DNA from: Camelus dromedarius
Taxonomy: Eukaryota
Direction: 5' to 3'
DNA: 64,000 nt
Assembly: GCF_036321535.1 (NCBI RefSeq)
Contig: NC_087437.1
Coordinates: forward strand, 100,876,001-100,940,000
Below are positions 1 to 10,068 of this stretch, piece after piece; position 1 is the stretch's first letter; each line of letters opens with the position of its first letter. The translations under genes were made by a program, and so were the position numbers. The notes beneath the pieces are model-generated. The model was not told the origin of the DNA, searched no databases, and was given only the letters and a program-made list of their open reading frames with translations.

Positions 1-11
1 TCATAAGTCCA

Positions 12-20
12 TTTCTTTTT

Positions 21-52
<32 letters not shown>

Positions 53-56
53 TTTT
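12..56. repeat. T-rich/poly(T) tract
   Basis: (TTTTC)n grading into a run of more than 20 T. Confidence 0.9.
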
Positions 57-1000
57 GCATCTAGAACTACTACTAAAGTGGTCCAAAGAACTGAAGGAAA
101 GGGAAGCTTAGCGCTGGTGGCAGCGTGAACTGTACATTTCCAGTGATATCGGGGCAGGTTGCTGGGGTCGTGCTGAGCGGCCTTTCTTAGCGGTGGGAAA
201 TAATCCCCTAGTCGTGCATATGCCTCATAAAAGGAAGGAAAAAATGGAGATCTAGTTCAGTAGACCTGCATACATGGAAGAATCATCTTCCTTGATATCC
301 TCTTCCTTTCTTTAATTTTTAACAATTACAACCACTAGTGAAAGGGTATTTTTCAAAAGTACCAGTTTTCATGGGGCAGTGAACGTACCTCTGCAATAAA
401 TAAACACATAAATTAGCTAACTACATAAACGCATACATGTCTGATTTCCTGCTCACCCAGTATAACGTGGCTAATCACGGGAGAGATTAACAATGTCCTG
501 GCTTATTCATGTGATGAAAGTTTCTAGTATCCTTGTCTATAAATGGTGTCTCTTTCAAATAACATGAACATACATACAATAAAGACATCAATGTGTGATG
601 ATACGGGCATTTTGGTGCTAAGCATGGAATAACCTAGTTCTTATTTTAAACATGTGTATAATTAATATGAAAGTATTTTATGCCTTTTCCTTTTTTCCTA
701 ACTCACTCTTGAATGTCTATAAAGTATAAATGAGAGACATTCTCAATACAAAAACGGCTCAGGATCTGTAATGGTAATGCACATTTAGACACGCCTTACA
801 CAAAGGGAATCGAGAAGGCTGCTTTCTCACCTGCAGATGCTTTGATTCACCCCCAATGAGACTAACAGTATCAGTCAAGGCCCTGCAAACATTCATATAA
901 AACATTCAACTGCTAAGTACCTTGGTACTAAAAATTCTCCTTTAACAATTTGTTTTACTGATAGAGCTCACAGAAATGGCCACATTTCATGAAGAGCTGA

Positions 1001-1100
1001 ATAATTATAATATAATATTTATATTATAATAAAAATATAATAAATATCATTATATAATGATTATAATAATATAATTATTATACAATATAATTATAATTTT
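1001..1100. repeat. AT-rich low-complexity tract
   Basis: near-pure A/T, ATAAT/TATAA units. Confidence 0.85.
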
Positions 1101-1877
1101 GCTTTTCACTCTTAAGTATGTTCAAAAAACTACAAGCTAGCGCACCAGCGATGATATCTTAAATCCTTGTTATAGTCTCTTCTTGAAATTACTTTCTTCC
1201 CGCCCAAGCTGGCCTTTAATGGAACTGTAAAATTCAGAAGCCAGTTTCAACAAAAATTATTATTAATGCCCAAACAGGAGGAATGGCACAAACTAAGCTA
1301 AAACAGATCTTTAAATACAGGAAGGAGGTTGCTTTTAAAACATTGGTAAAAGCTGTAAAAGTGAACCTAATTTTAAAGAGCAAAAGAGAAAATGCAGGCA
1401 CAACAAGAAGTCTGAACTCTTCACTGAATATCCATGCTCTGTTTGCTAGAGAAATGAATACCATGGCTTTTTTTTCTCTCTCTCTCGACGATAGCTAATT
1501 GTGTCACTCTTTTTAGTCTGATCAGCACTGGACCTTTTTATTCTCTTACAATTTCTTTCTATGGGATTTACTTGTTCATAAATCCAAGAGTAAAGATAAA
1601 GAGGATATGGAAGTAAAACTTATTGAATCTCTATCTGCGTGCTAGATAATTACATACAATACCTCATTTGACCATCCTACCATCTATCTGAGGATTAGGC
1701 AATGTTATTGGGTAAGGTCAGTTAGATGCTGTTGGCGTCACCTAAATAATAAAAAAGTTACATAACTTTCAAGATTACATGGCTAGCATGTGGTGGTATT
1801 AAAATCTGACTAGCTTCAAAATCCATTTTCTTTCTAGTCAATATAAAACTAGTAAAAGAACACATTTTGGGACCCAC

Positions 1878-1973
1878 CTTGGTGTTAGTATTAAGCTGCC
1901 ATTAGGTGCTGTGTTTAATTTTACAAACGGTCCACCTCCAGTAGAAAAGATTGGCATGGATGAGTTTCCACTC
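1878..1973 (-). CDS. TMPRSS15: Enteropeptidase exon 19 (96 nt), SRCR domain
   Basis: tccttag|GAGTGGAAAC...ACACCAAG|gtgggt; (G)SGNSSMPIFSTGGGPFVKLNTAPNGSLILTP(S/R); phase 2->2. Confidence 0.96.
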
Positions 1974-3411
1974 CTAAGGAAAAACACAGACAGAACAAAA
2001 ACACAAACGGAAAAGACCCATAAACTAAACTTCTAGTTATTTAATGCTGTGGACATTGAAATAAATATGAAATAAATAAATAAATAAAATATGAAACTCC
2101 AGACAGACATTTTAATATTAGATCCAAACATTTTAATATTAAACTTCAAATGTTTTATGTCTAAAAGATAGTTAGGATTTCCCATAATGACATAAAATAT
2201 AATTTTAATTTTTATGTAATATCTCTAGTTCTTGTTTGCTTGCTTATATATATTATTTAACAAGGCTAAAGTCAGTGTATATATCACTGGGGTGTTTGAT
2301 TTTTTCATTTGACTTTCCTATGTTCAATAATTTTCACATCAATTATAATAACTTCAGAGAATTGCCATACCATAATTTATTAAACTTTTTTCCTATTGAG
2401 TGGAATTCATCTTTTTAAAAAATGCACCTTGCCTAGGAACAACCTAGAAAAAAGAGATGTTGATTGTTTACCTTTCTGTGTGTTGCTTTGATGTTGGTAT
2501 TTCATTCAATTCAAAGCCTAACTGCCCTAATTTAAAGCCAGAAGCTATGTTATTGCTCTGAAATGGGTGGGTATGTAGCCTGGAAACCCACTGAGCCAGA
2601 ATGGGTCAGAGAAAGAGACAGAAAAGCCTCCATGTGACAAAAGACAAAAGACGTGGACTGGTCTTTCTTATCCCTGAACACCTGTTACATCCGTGCTGTC
2701 AATTGTGAGCCTTAATTGAAGATTTCTTTTAATCATCCTCTCTCCTCTATTCTTCTGGCTTCTCACTTTCTAATCTTTTTCCTGGCTTTTATTTATTCGA
2801 GATTTTAACCTTCATATAAAAATACCCCTTTGGGCTGGAAACATCCTGATTCCCGCTATTTGCTTCTGATTAGCGGGGAGATGATATGGTTCTTATCTTT
2901 CGGGGTATCTGAAGGACCCGCCCACTTCCTCTTCAGAAGAAGGTCCAGTGTCTTCCCTAGGCTATACTCGCCCCTGATCCTTTTCTATCTGTGCATGTGG
3001 AGGAAATTTCCAAGCCACACTCATGGCTGTTATGCTCAGTAAGAGGAAAAGATCTAAGCAGAGGGTGTTCCCTCTCTCTTTCAGGTAAGACAACGCCTTA
3101 AAGAAACTGAAAGTGTCTGGTAACTTTCATCCACTGAATGGAGAGCTGAAACAATGGCGCCTGTATGTAATGTCCCAGAATTTAGCCCCTTGCACTTTGA
3201 TTTTATAAACAGATAAAAGTAACTCAAGCACATAAATCAACGATTGTTCCTTTAATAAAATCTGGCGTGGATTTACCAAAGGGAAAAATGAGTGTTACTA
3301 CTATTATTGTTAAAGATTAAGATATTCCTTCCATGTGGGCAGAAAAATCATCTTATCTAAGTACTTACATAAGATGTATTTGTTTTAGCTCAGAAAACAA
3401 AACAGGCATAA

Positions 3412-4014
3412 AAACATCCAAAGAAAATGAAAATGTTAATTTGAAAAGATGCACTTCAGTATTCACAGCAGCATTATTTATAGTTGCCAAGATACGGTAG
3501 CAGACTACTTGCCCATCGACAGATGGCAGAGGGATGAAGAAATGTGGACACACACACCCACAACAAACTATTACTCAGCCACAAAAAGAATGAAATTGTG
3601 CCATTTGTGACAAAATGGTCGGACCTGGAGGGTACTATGCTAAGTGAAACAAGTCAGACAGAGGAAGACAAATCCTGGGTGTTTTCACTTATATGTGGAA
3701 TCTGAAAAACAAAACAAGTGAAAAAATATAACAAAACAGAAATAGACTCACAGATACAGAGAACAAAGGGTTGCCAGAACGGAAACGGATGGAGGGAGGG
3801 GTGAAATTAGGTGAAGGAGATTAAGAGACACAAAATGTTAGTCTGTCTCATGTTAACTTAATTCTTAGACCACTCAGTAGACCCAATAGAAGGGTAAAGG
3901 AATATTTCTTCCTCCCCAACAGTGTGTAATCTATTAAGATATTGAATCACTACATTGTTCACCTGAAACGAATATAATATTGTAAGTTAATTATACTTCA
4001 ATTAAAAAAAAAAA
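3412..4014 (+). mobile_element. 5'-truncated LINE-1 3' end (ORF2 tail + 3'UTR + polyA), L1MA-like
   Basis: ttcacagcagcattatt..., ggacctggagggtactatgctaagtgaaacaagtcagacagag..., ends tatacttcaattaaaaaaaaaaa. Confidence 0.9.
3836..3921 (+). mobile_element. ERV1-type LTR 3' terminal fragment nested in the L1
   Basis: ttaattcttagacc...agaagggtaaaggaatatttcttcctccccaaca resembles the U5 end of laurasiatherian ERV1 LTRs (recalled) and interrupts the L1 3'UTR. Confidence 0.6.
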
Positions 4015-4479
4015 CTCGAAAGGCAGTCAGGAATGCTCTGGATCAGGAAGGACTTCACCACTGCAGGAATCTTTTAGTTAAGGACTCACACATTTAGGGA
4101 AGACAGGATGTGGATCAAAATAGATTTTAGAGAACTTTAATTTTTACCATTGGTGCAACTCCTGGTACAATTCATCACATTAATCTTGACTTTTAAGAAT
4201 ACCAAGGAATGTCTATCCAATCTGAAGAGGTTCTAGTTGTGCTGACTTTGCCTACAGGCTCCAGAAATATCACTGGAATTGGTTGGTTAGTGCAAATATT
4301 TGCTGGGAGGGAAGAGTTGGTGGAACCTAGTTACTCTCCAATCTCCCTTTTGTTTGTGGGTCTTCTTTTACTGCCTTTGGTCATGTTCTCAGTATCCGTA
4401 TTCTGCTGAATGCCTGTATGGGCTGGATGTTCTCCTAGGTGGTTTTCTGTGTTCCTGATGCTCCACGATGAAGGACTTT

Positions 4480-4652
4480 CCAGGTGTCTTCTCCAGGCGA
4501 GCAGCATCAGCCTCACCAGGGGTTATCTGCAAATTGTCCAGCACCATTCCAGACCCATGTACCCATTCAGAACCTCTGGGGGTTGGGTCCGGTGATGAGC
4601 CTGTTACCAAACCCTCCAGGTGATTCTGGTACCTGCTAGCCGGCAAACCACC
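4480..4652 (+). mobile_element. MER5A-like hAT-Charlie MITE
   Basis: agcagcatcagcctcacc...cagaacctctgggggttggg...ccctccaggtgattctg. Confidence 0.75.
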
Positions 4653-4755
4653 ATCATAGCCAAATATAAAATCTGATTCTTTACTTGTTCAGGGGTCTGC
4701 TCTTTGGCTTCCACAGTGACTTCTGGCTGCCTGATAAGCAATCTCTTTGAGGCAC

Positions 4756-5167
4756 TGACAGAGTTAATCCATATATCAGGACCCACAAAGTAGGGGTCGT
4801 CCAGTGGTCTGGCCGCTGTCACACATCTAAACCTAAGTCAGCCCACATGTACAAAAACTGCCTCCCTGTCAGGGAAACATACCACCAATCGCAATCCTCC
4901 AGCTCACCTTGAGCTAGCCATCCTTGCCCTAGAAAACAGAAGCCGGTGGCCTCATCAGGGGTCCTCACCTCCTGGATCTTGTAGCCGATCAGACCATTTC
5001 TTCCTTGCCTCTTCTAATGTTCTATTAAAGTCACTCTCACCCCAAATCCCCCAGGAAGACTGCCCTACTTCTTGTGAGGCACAGACCTCCCCAAGTCCGT
5101 GGGCTATTTACCCTTAATAAAGGACATCAGACTTGTTATTAAATTATTTTCATTTTGTCATTGGACA
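4756..5167 (+). mobile_element. Solo LTR (ERV1-like), 412 bp
   Basis: TG...CA termini with 4-bp TSD GCAC (4752-4755 and 5168-5171); CCAAT 4885, TATTAAA 5023, AATAAA 5116. Confidence 0.7.
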
Positions 5168-7977
5168 GCACTCATGATAATGTGGAGGAACACCCAGAAA
5201 GGTAATTTCTTAAAAATATACATCAAAGCTGTGGATTTAAGACTCCTCCATTGTCTCTGACTGGTTTTAGTCTATCGCTTGGCTATCTCTTTTAAGACAA
5301 CATTGAGGGGTTGCCTTTATTTCTCTGGAAATTTAAAACAAAATCTAGACAAAGTTAAATTGCAAGAAATACTGAAATATCTGTAAATCAGTGTTTAATC
5401 TAGCATCTGTTTATTGCACTTACCTACCAGTGGCCTTGCACTGTGATGGGATTGCCAGTTAAATTTTTAACATAAGCCTATTCTAGAAGAAAGGAAGGCT
5501 AGAGGCAAAGCTTTAAGAATAAAGAATACTTAGTAGATATTAAATGCTCCATCCTAGGATTCTCAGGTGTTGTACCACAGTGATGTTTTCCCTACCTGGC
5601 TGAGAAAAACAGAGATTATGTGTGCATATGGACAAAAGACACATGTACAATTTTTATTCTAAGAGTGTGTTCTACATTTGTAGTCTCAAACTTCATATGA
5701 GAAAATAGACTGCAGTTAATGGTGTAGATATGTGGGTTTGGGTTATTCAGAATAACTGGGTAAAACATTCTTTTGGAAAAAGCTTCTAAAGTAATCACAT
5801 AATTAATTTTTTTGTTAAGTATTGATATCTGCAACACCAGAGTGGTGCACAGAGGCATCAGCTCATAAACACATTTCCAGGTGTCAGTGTTGGATGTTAA
5901 AATTTGGAATTTAATTTGAGACAGAGTACTTTTCAAATCCTGCCAAGTTGAACTCATCCTTTTTTGAACTGAACACAATTTATTCCAGTTTGTATTCACA
6001 GTAAACAGAATATAAGTGGCAGCAGAAGTTGATGACAAACTACTTCTTATTTTAAGAAATGACTGAAACAATAAAAATATATTTAAAACGTTCTCGGCAA
6101 AATAAAAGGTTAGGAACCATGTGTTAAGTCACCATCTATTTTTGAGAAACAAAAATCTCAGAATAACTGAAAAATTGAACTGTTGAGAATATATTTTAAG
6201 TTCTATAATTAAAGCAAGCCTCAGTTTCCTTTTCTTGCAAAAAAAATTAGTTAAATTTTAGAGAGGCATGCTCTCAAAATTAAAACTAGAATTTGCATTA
6301 AAAAAGATCCTAAATGTGTTCCAGTTCTGCAAATTTCAATAACTGTATATGCATTTGCATGACTGTTTGAAATCTGTCGTTTGGTATTACCTAAAAATGC
6401 GCCCATGTAGCAGCACCTTGATGACATGTTAATGCCTCCTGACTGCCTGTTTCCAAGCCTTTATTACCACTTTTATAGGCTGTGCGCCCTCAGAGGGCTC
6501 CTCTGGCTTCAGGGGAACCTTATTCTGTCTGAGAAAAGAAGCATACAGATGCAACCCACCATTATTATTTTTGAGGTCATATATGAAGGCATAAAAATAT
6601 ACGCAGAGAGGAATTCTAGTGAGAAAAAGAAGGCTATCCCAAGGCGTCTTGCACAGTATTAAATCTGCCTCTCTTCTTGGACCCTGCTTAGGTTTCCTCT
6701 CTTTTGTCTCGCTACTCAGACTGCATGTGCTGTGATAAGAATTCCTCCCTGAAGCAGGAGCTTAGGAGGGATGTTTTAAGCTTTTGGACACACTAAAGCT
6801 GCAGAGAATAATAACAAATGCTGCAAATGCAGCAGCCAGGCACTGTCGCTCATGTCACACCCAAAAGCTGTAGGTAATGATTTGAGCCAGGTGGGATTAG
6901 TCTGAAAAGGGTTTTGGAGAAGGATGGGCTTTCCATTTCAGCTTGGAGGGAAGAAGGGCATTGATTTGGCAGGGCAGAAGGCGGGAGAGAGCATTTTCAT
7001 AGGCAGGGGCGTGGTGAATGAAAGGGATTCAAGGCAAAGGACGGCAACGCATCCCACTAGGAGAGTCAGGACACGTGGGCAGGTCCTAAACACCACAACT
7101 GAACTGGATGCGTTTCAGCCACAACTGCTTATTCATTTACCATGTTTACAGCAACACATCTAGCACTCACTCAGCACTATCATAACTCTTAGCAAACTTA
7201 GATAAGCTTAATTAATTTTAGATGTTCTGATCTCAACTCAAAATTTTGTGACATATACAGAAGGAAAAAAAATGTCAACAGAAAAGAACTATCTTCACCT
7301 GATCAATTTCCCCCTTTGTGCAAGCCACTGCGTTAAGAACAAGACAGAAATCCATGGGGTCAGTCTGGTCGCTGCTCTCTGTTATCCTACAGACATAACG
7401 ATATTCAGAAGAAAATGAACTCCTGGCATCTCCTACCAAAACTGCAGCTGAGGGAAGTGATACTTAGATTGTCAGAGGCAGCATCTCCATGGATTGCATC
7501 TTGGACAAAATAATCTTAATCCTTTGTAGTATATCCTTGATTCATTTGTAACATTATTTTCTCAGTACCATTGGAGTTTACTTATTTTTGAATAAGAGGC
7601 ATATGATCTAAACCTCCATGTTTACTATGACGTGTTCTCAGGGCGCATGTTTTTTCAATGCATTATTACTTTGTAAGACTATACATGCAAAATTTCCTTT
7701 AGAATTTAATGTCAGAAGAAAATCTGTTTTCCCCATAGAATTGGTACTATTTATCTTGTCTCATAATTAAAGTTATGCAATTTTTAGTGTATTCCTTTTT
7801 TGTGTCATCAGTTTCAAGGAATCTCAGACACAATTATTAGTAATTATGCTGACCTTGCATGTTTTATCAATTTACCTCCTTATTTCTTTGGACCTTATTT
7901 ATATCACTATTCTATTAATCTTACTGCATATACTCTGTTATAAATCACCTCAGTTTCTTTTAAAAAGATAAGGGTGC

Positions 7978-8113
7978 AAGGAAAAGAGAGAATGGAAGGA
8001 AGTAAGGGGAAAAAAGGAAGGGACTAAGGAAATGAGGAGGGAAACAAAACATAGAGAAGAAAGAAAATAGAAAAGAGAAAGAGGAAGGGAAAATTAAAGG
8101 AAAGGAGAAAAAA
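7978..8113. repeat. GA-rich polypurine tract
   Basis: about 135 nt of almost only A/G on the plus strand. Confidence 0.85.
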
Positions 8114-9039
8114 GTATGTTATTCCATTAGATTTTATCAATTTTATTCAAAATTGTCTTTGGCTCACAGAATATACAGCATTAGTTTTTTACAGGCTGAT
8201 CAGTTGGAAACAGTTTTCAGAAGGGAAGCAGAACGAACAAGAACACTTTTGTTATTCATTTCAGGGGGTGATAGTTTCCTTCCTGCCTTTATCTGTTTCT
8301 ATTTTAGAATTTAGAAGCCTCCCTCCACCTTCCCAAACAACAGGATTTAAGGGCATGGTGGAGGATATTCTAGTTTGGGGAAAACCGTAATTTTTTGTTG
8401 TTTTTACGTAACAAACTTTAAGTGAAAAAAATGGCCTTTGAGTAAAAAAGAAACAAACGAATAAAAATTAAACAACCCCCCCCGAACTCTGTAACAGATT
8501 TTTAGAGACTAAATAGCTATGTTGTAGAAAATTTATTGGTAGATAAGTCACAACTGACCAATTTTCTTAACTCTTTGTATGTATAATTATATTCTTGGTA
8601 ATTTCCTTGCCACATAACTCTTACAAATTAGAGTGTAAGTCAAAATTAAAGAGATTTCTCTCTAATAAAATAAATGACATTTTAATAAACGAGTTCCTTA
8701 AGTCCCAATAATGTTCTCAAATACATAGTGGGAGAAATTGGGAATGATTTTTTTCCAAGCAAGCAATTAATACCAGCCTGTGTTTGGTGAAAACTTAGCC
8801 ATGGAGATATATATGTATATATGTATATACCCTTTTAATGATGTCCTATTTACAGTAGTCTTTTGAAACTCTCTAATTGTGTTTGATCTATTGGGAGGAA
8901 GAAGTTTTCCTGAGAAGTTAAAATAGGCTGGTGTCAGAATGACAAGCTAAGAAATCCCCTGGATTAAGTCAGAGATGCCCTCACATAAAGCATTTAAATC
9001 TGATTACAGTAGGAAAAAAACGTTTGATTTCATTTTCAC

Positions 9040-9120
9040 TTTTTTTTTTTTTTAATGGAGGTACTGGATGTCTAATCCAGGACCTCAACGCACATTCTGC
9101 CACTGAACTATGCCCACCTC
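9040..9120 (-). mobile_element. tRNA-derived SINE, Vic-1-like (camelid), degenerate with internal deletion
   Basis: minus strand reads GAGGTGGGCATAGTTCAGTGGCAGAATGTGCGTTGAGGTCCTGGATTAGACATCCAGTACCTCCATT then polyA; A-box-like TAGTTCAGTGG, decayed B box, CCAGTACCTCCA 3' end. Confidence 0.75.
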
Positions 9121-9649
9121 TGACTTTGTTTTTAATACCAGATGAAATCAAACTGCCAAACTTTAGAGACGTTTTGTATAACTTGTGTGTTTTCTACTGA
9201 AACAAGTACACAAAGGTTCAGGTTCCTTTGACATGAGACAACTACTTATCTTTAAAGACCCAGGCTCTCTGGGCTTCACTCCAGCCAAGGTTCCAGTGTG
9301 GGTTCTACAGTGCCCCTAGTGGTCCATGATTAACATGCAAGGGGCTTATAGTTGGAGGAAAAATAATGACACTTTATTTTATTAACCTCTAATTGAAATA
9401 TAGGCTTTCCATCTAACCACAGTATTATTAGCAACACCTATAATTTTGCAACCCAAACAAATGACAGAGATCTTCAGGTCACACTGCAGTTACTGCATAC
9501 ATCAAAAGTATCATTTATTCTCATCTTGGTTTAGAGTAATCATGAGAATCACCGGTCTGTCGTATTTATTACCTTAATAAAGACATATATAATACCATAC
9601 TGTATTTTTAATAATTTGATAACTTGTAATTTAATAATTTGATAACTTT

Positions 9650-9790
9650 TTTCAATGTAATGAATTTCCTTTTGCCATTATGTCTATTTTACTTTATGCC
9701 CTTAAAAATATGTACCTAAGAAGAGGTTGGTAAGTTTCACCAGACTGCCAAAAGGGTCCATGACACACAGAAGAAGATTAAGGACACCCA
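9650..9790 (+). mobile_element. hAT-Charlie fragment (Charlie4z-like)
   Basis: ttcaccagactgccaaaagggtccatgacacac...gattaaggacacc. Confidence 0.6.
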
Positions 9791-9797
9791 CCCTGAC

Positions 9798-10068
9798 GGC
9801 GGTTCTCAGACTTTAACCAGCAACCGAATCGCCTGACAGGCTTGTTCAAAAACAGATTGCTGCTCCCTGCTCTAGACTTTCTGATGAGCTTGTCTGAAGT
9901 GGGGTTCCAGCACGAGCATTTGTATACATGCATCCCAGGTGTTGCAGATGCAGAAATTTAGCTCTAAAATCACACAGTGGGAATCACTGACCTAGACCGC
10001 CCCGAGTCTGAATGTCTGGGACCACAGCCAGGTGACTCTAACGTATCACCAGGTTTGGGAGCTGCCGA
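9798..10068. mobile_element. MER5A/MER5B-like hAT MITE cluster
   Basis: gcggttctcagacttt...cagattgctg...tcccaggtgttgcagatgc followed by ccaggtgactctaacgtatcaccaggtttggga. Confidence 0.65.

Noticed and set aside
12..300. Poly(T) plus adjacent sequence as a processed pseudogene
   Set aside because: No polyadenylation signal next to the tract on the minus strand, no TSD and no recognisable coding similarity.
1..1877. Exon 20 of TMPRSS15
   Set aside because: No sequence encoding the expected QC..DSLI.LQCN-type peptide was found; donor-like sites near 385 and 829 have no matching peptide. The exon is probably beyond the left edge.
9040..9120. Functional tRNA gene
   Set aside because: The B box is degenerate, the anticodon region appears deleted and a polyA tail follows, so it is a SINE relic.
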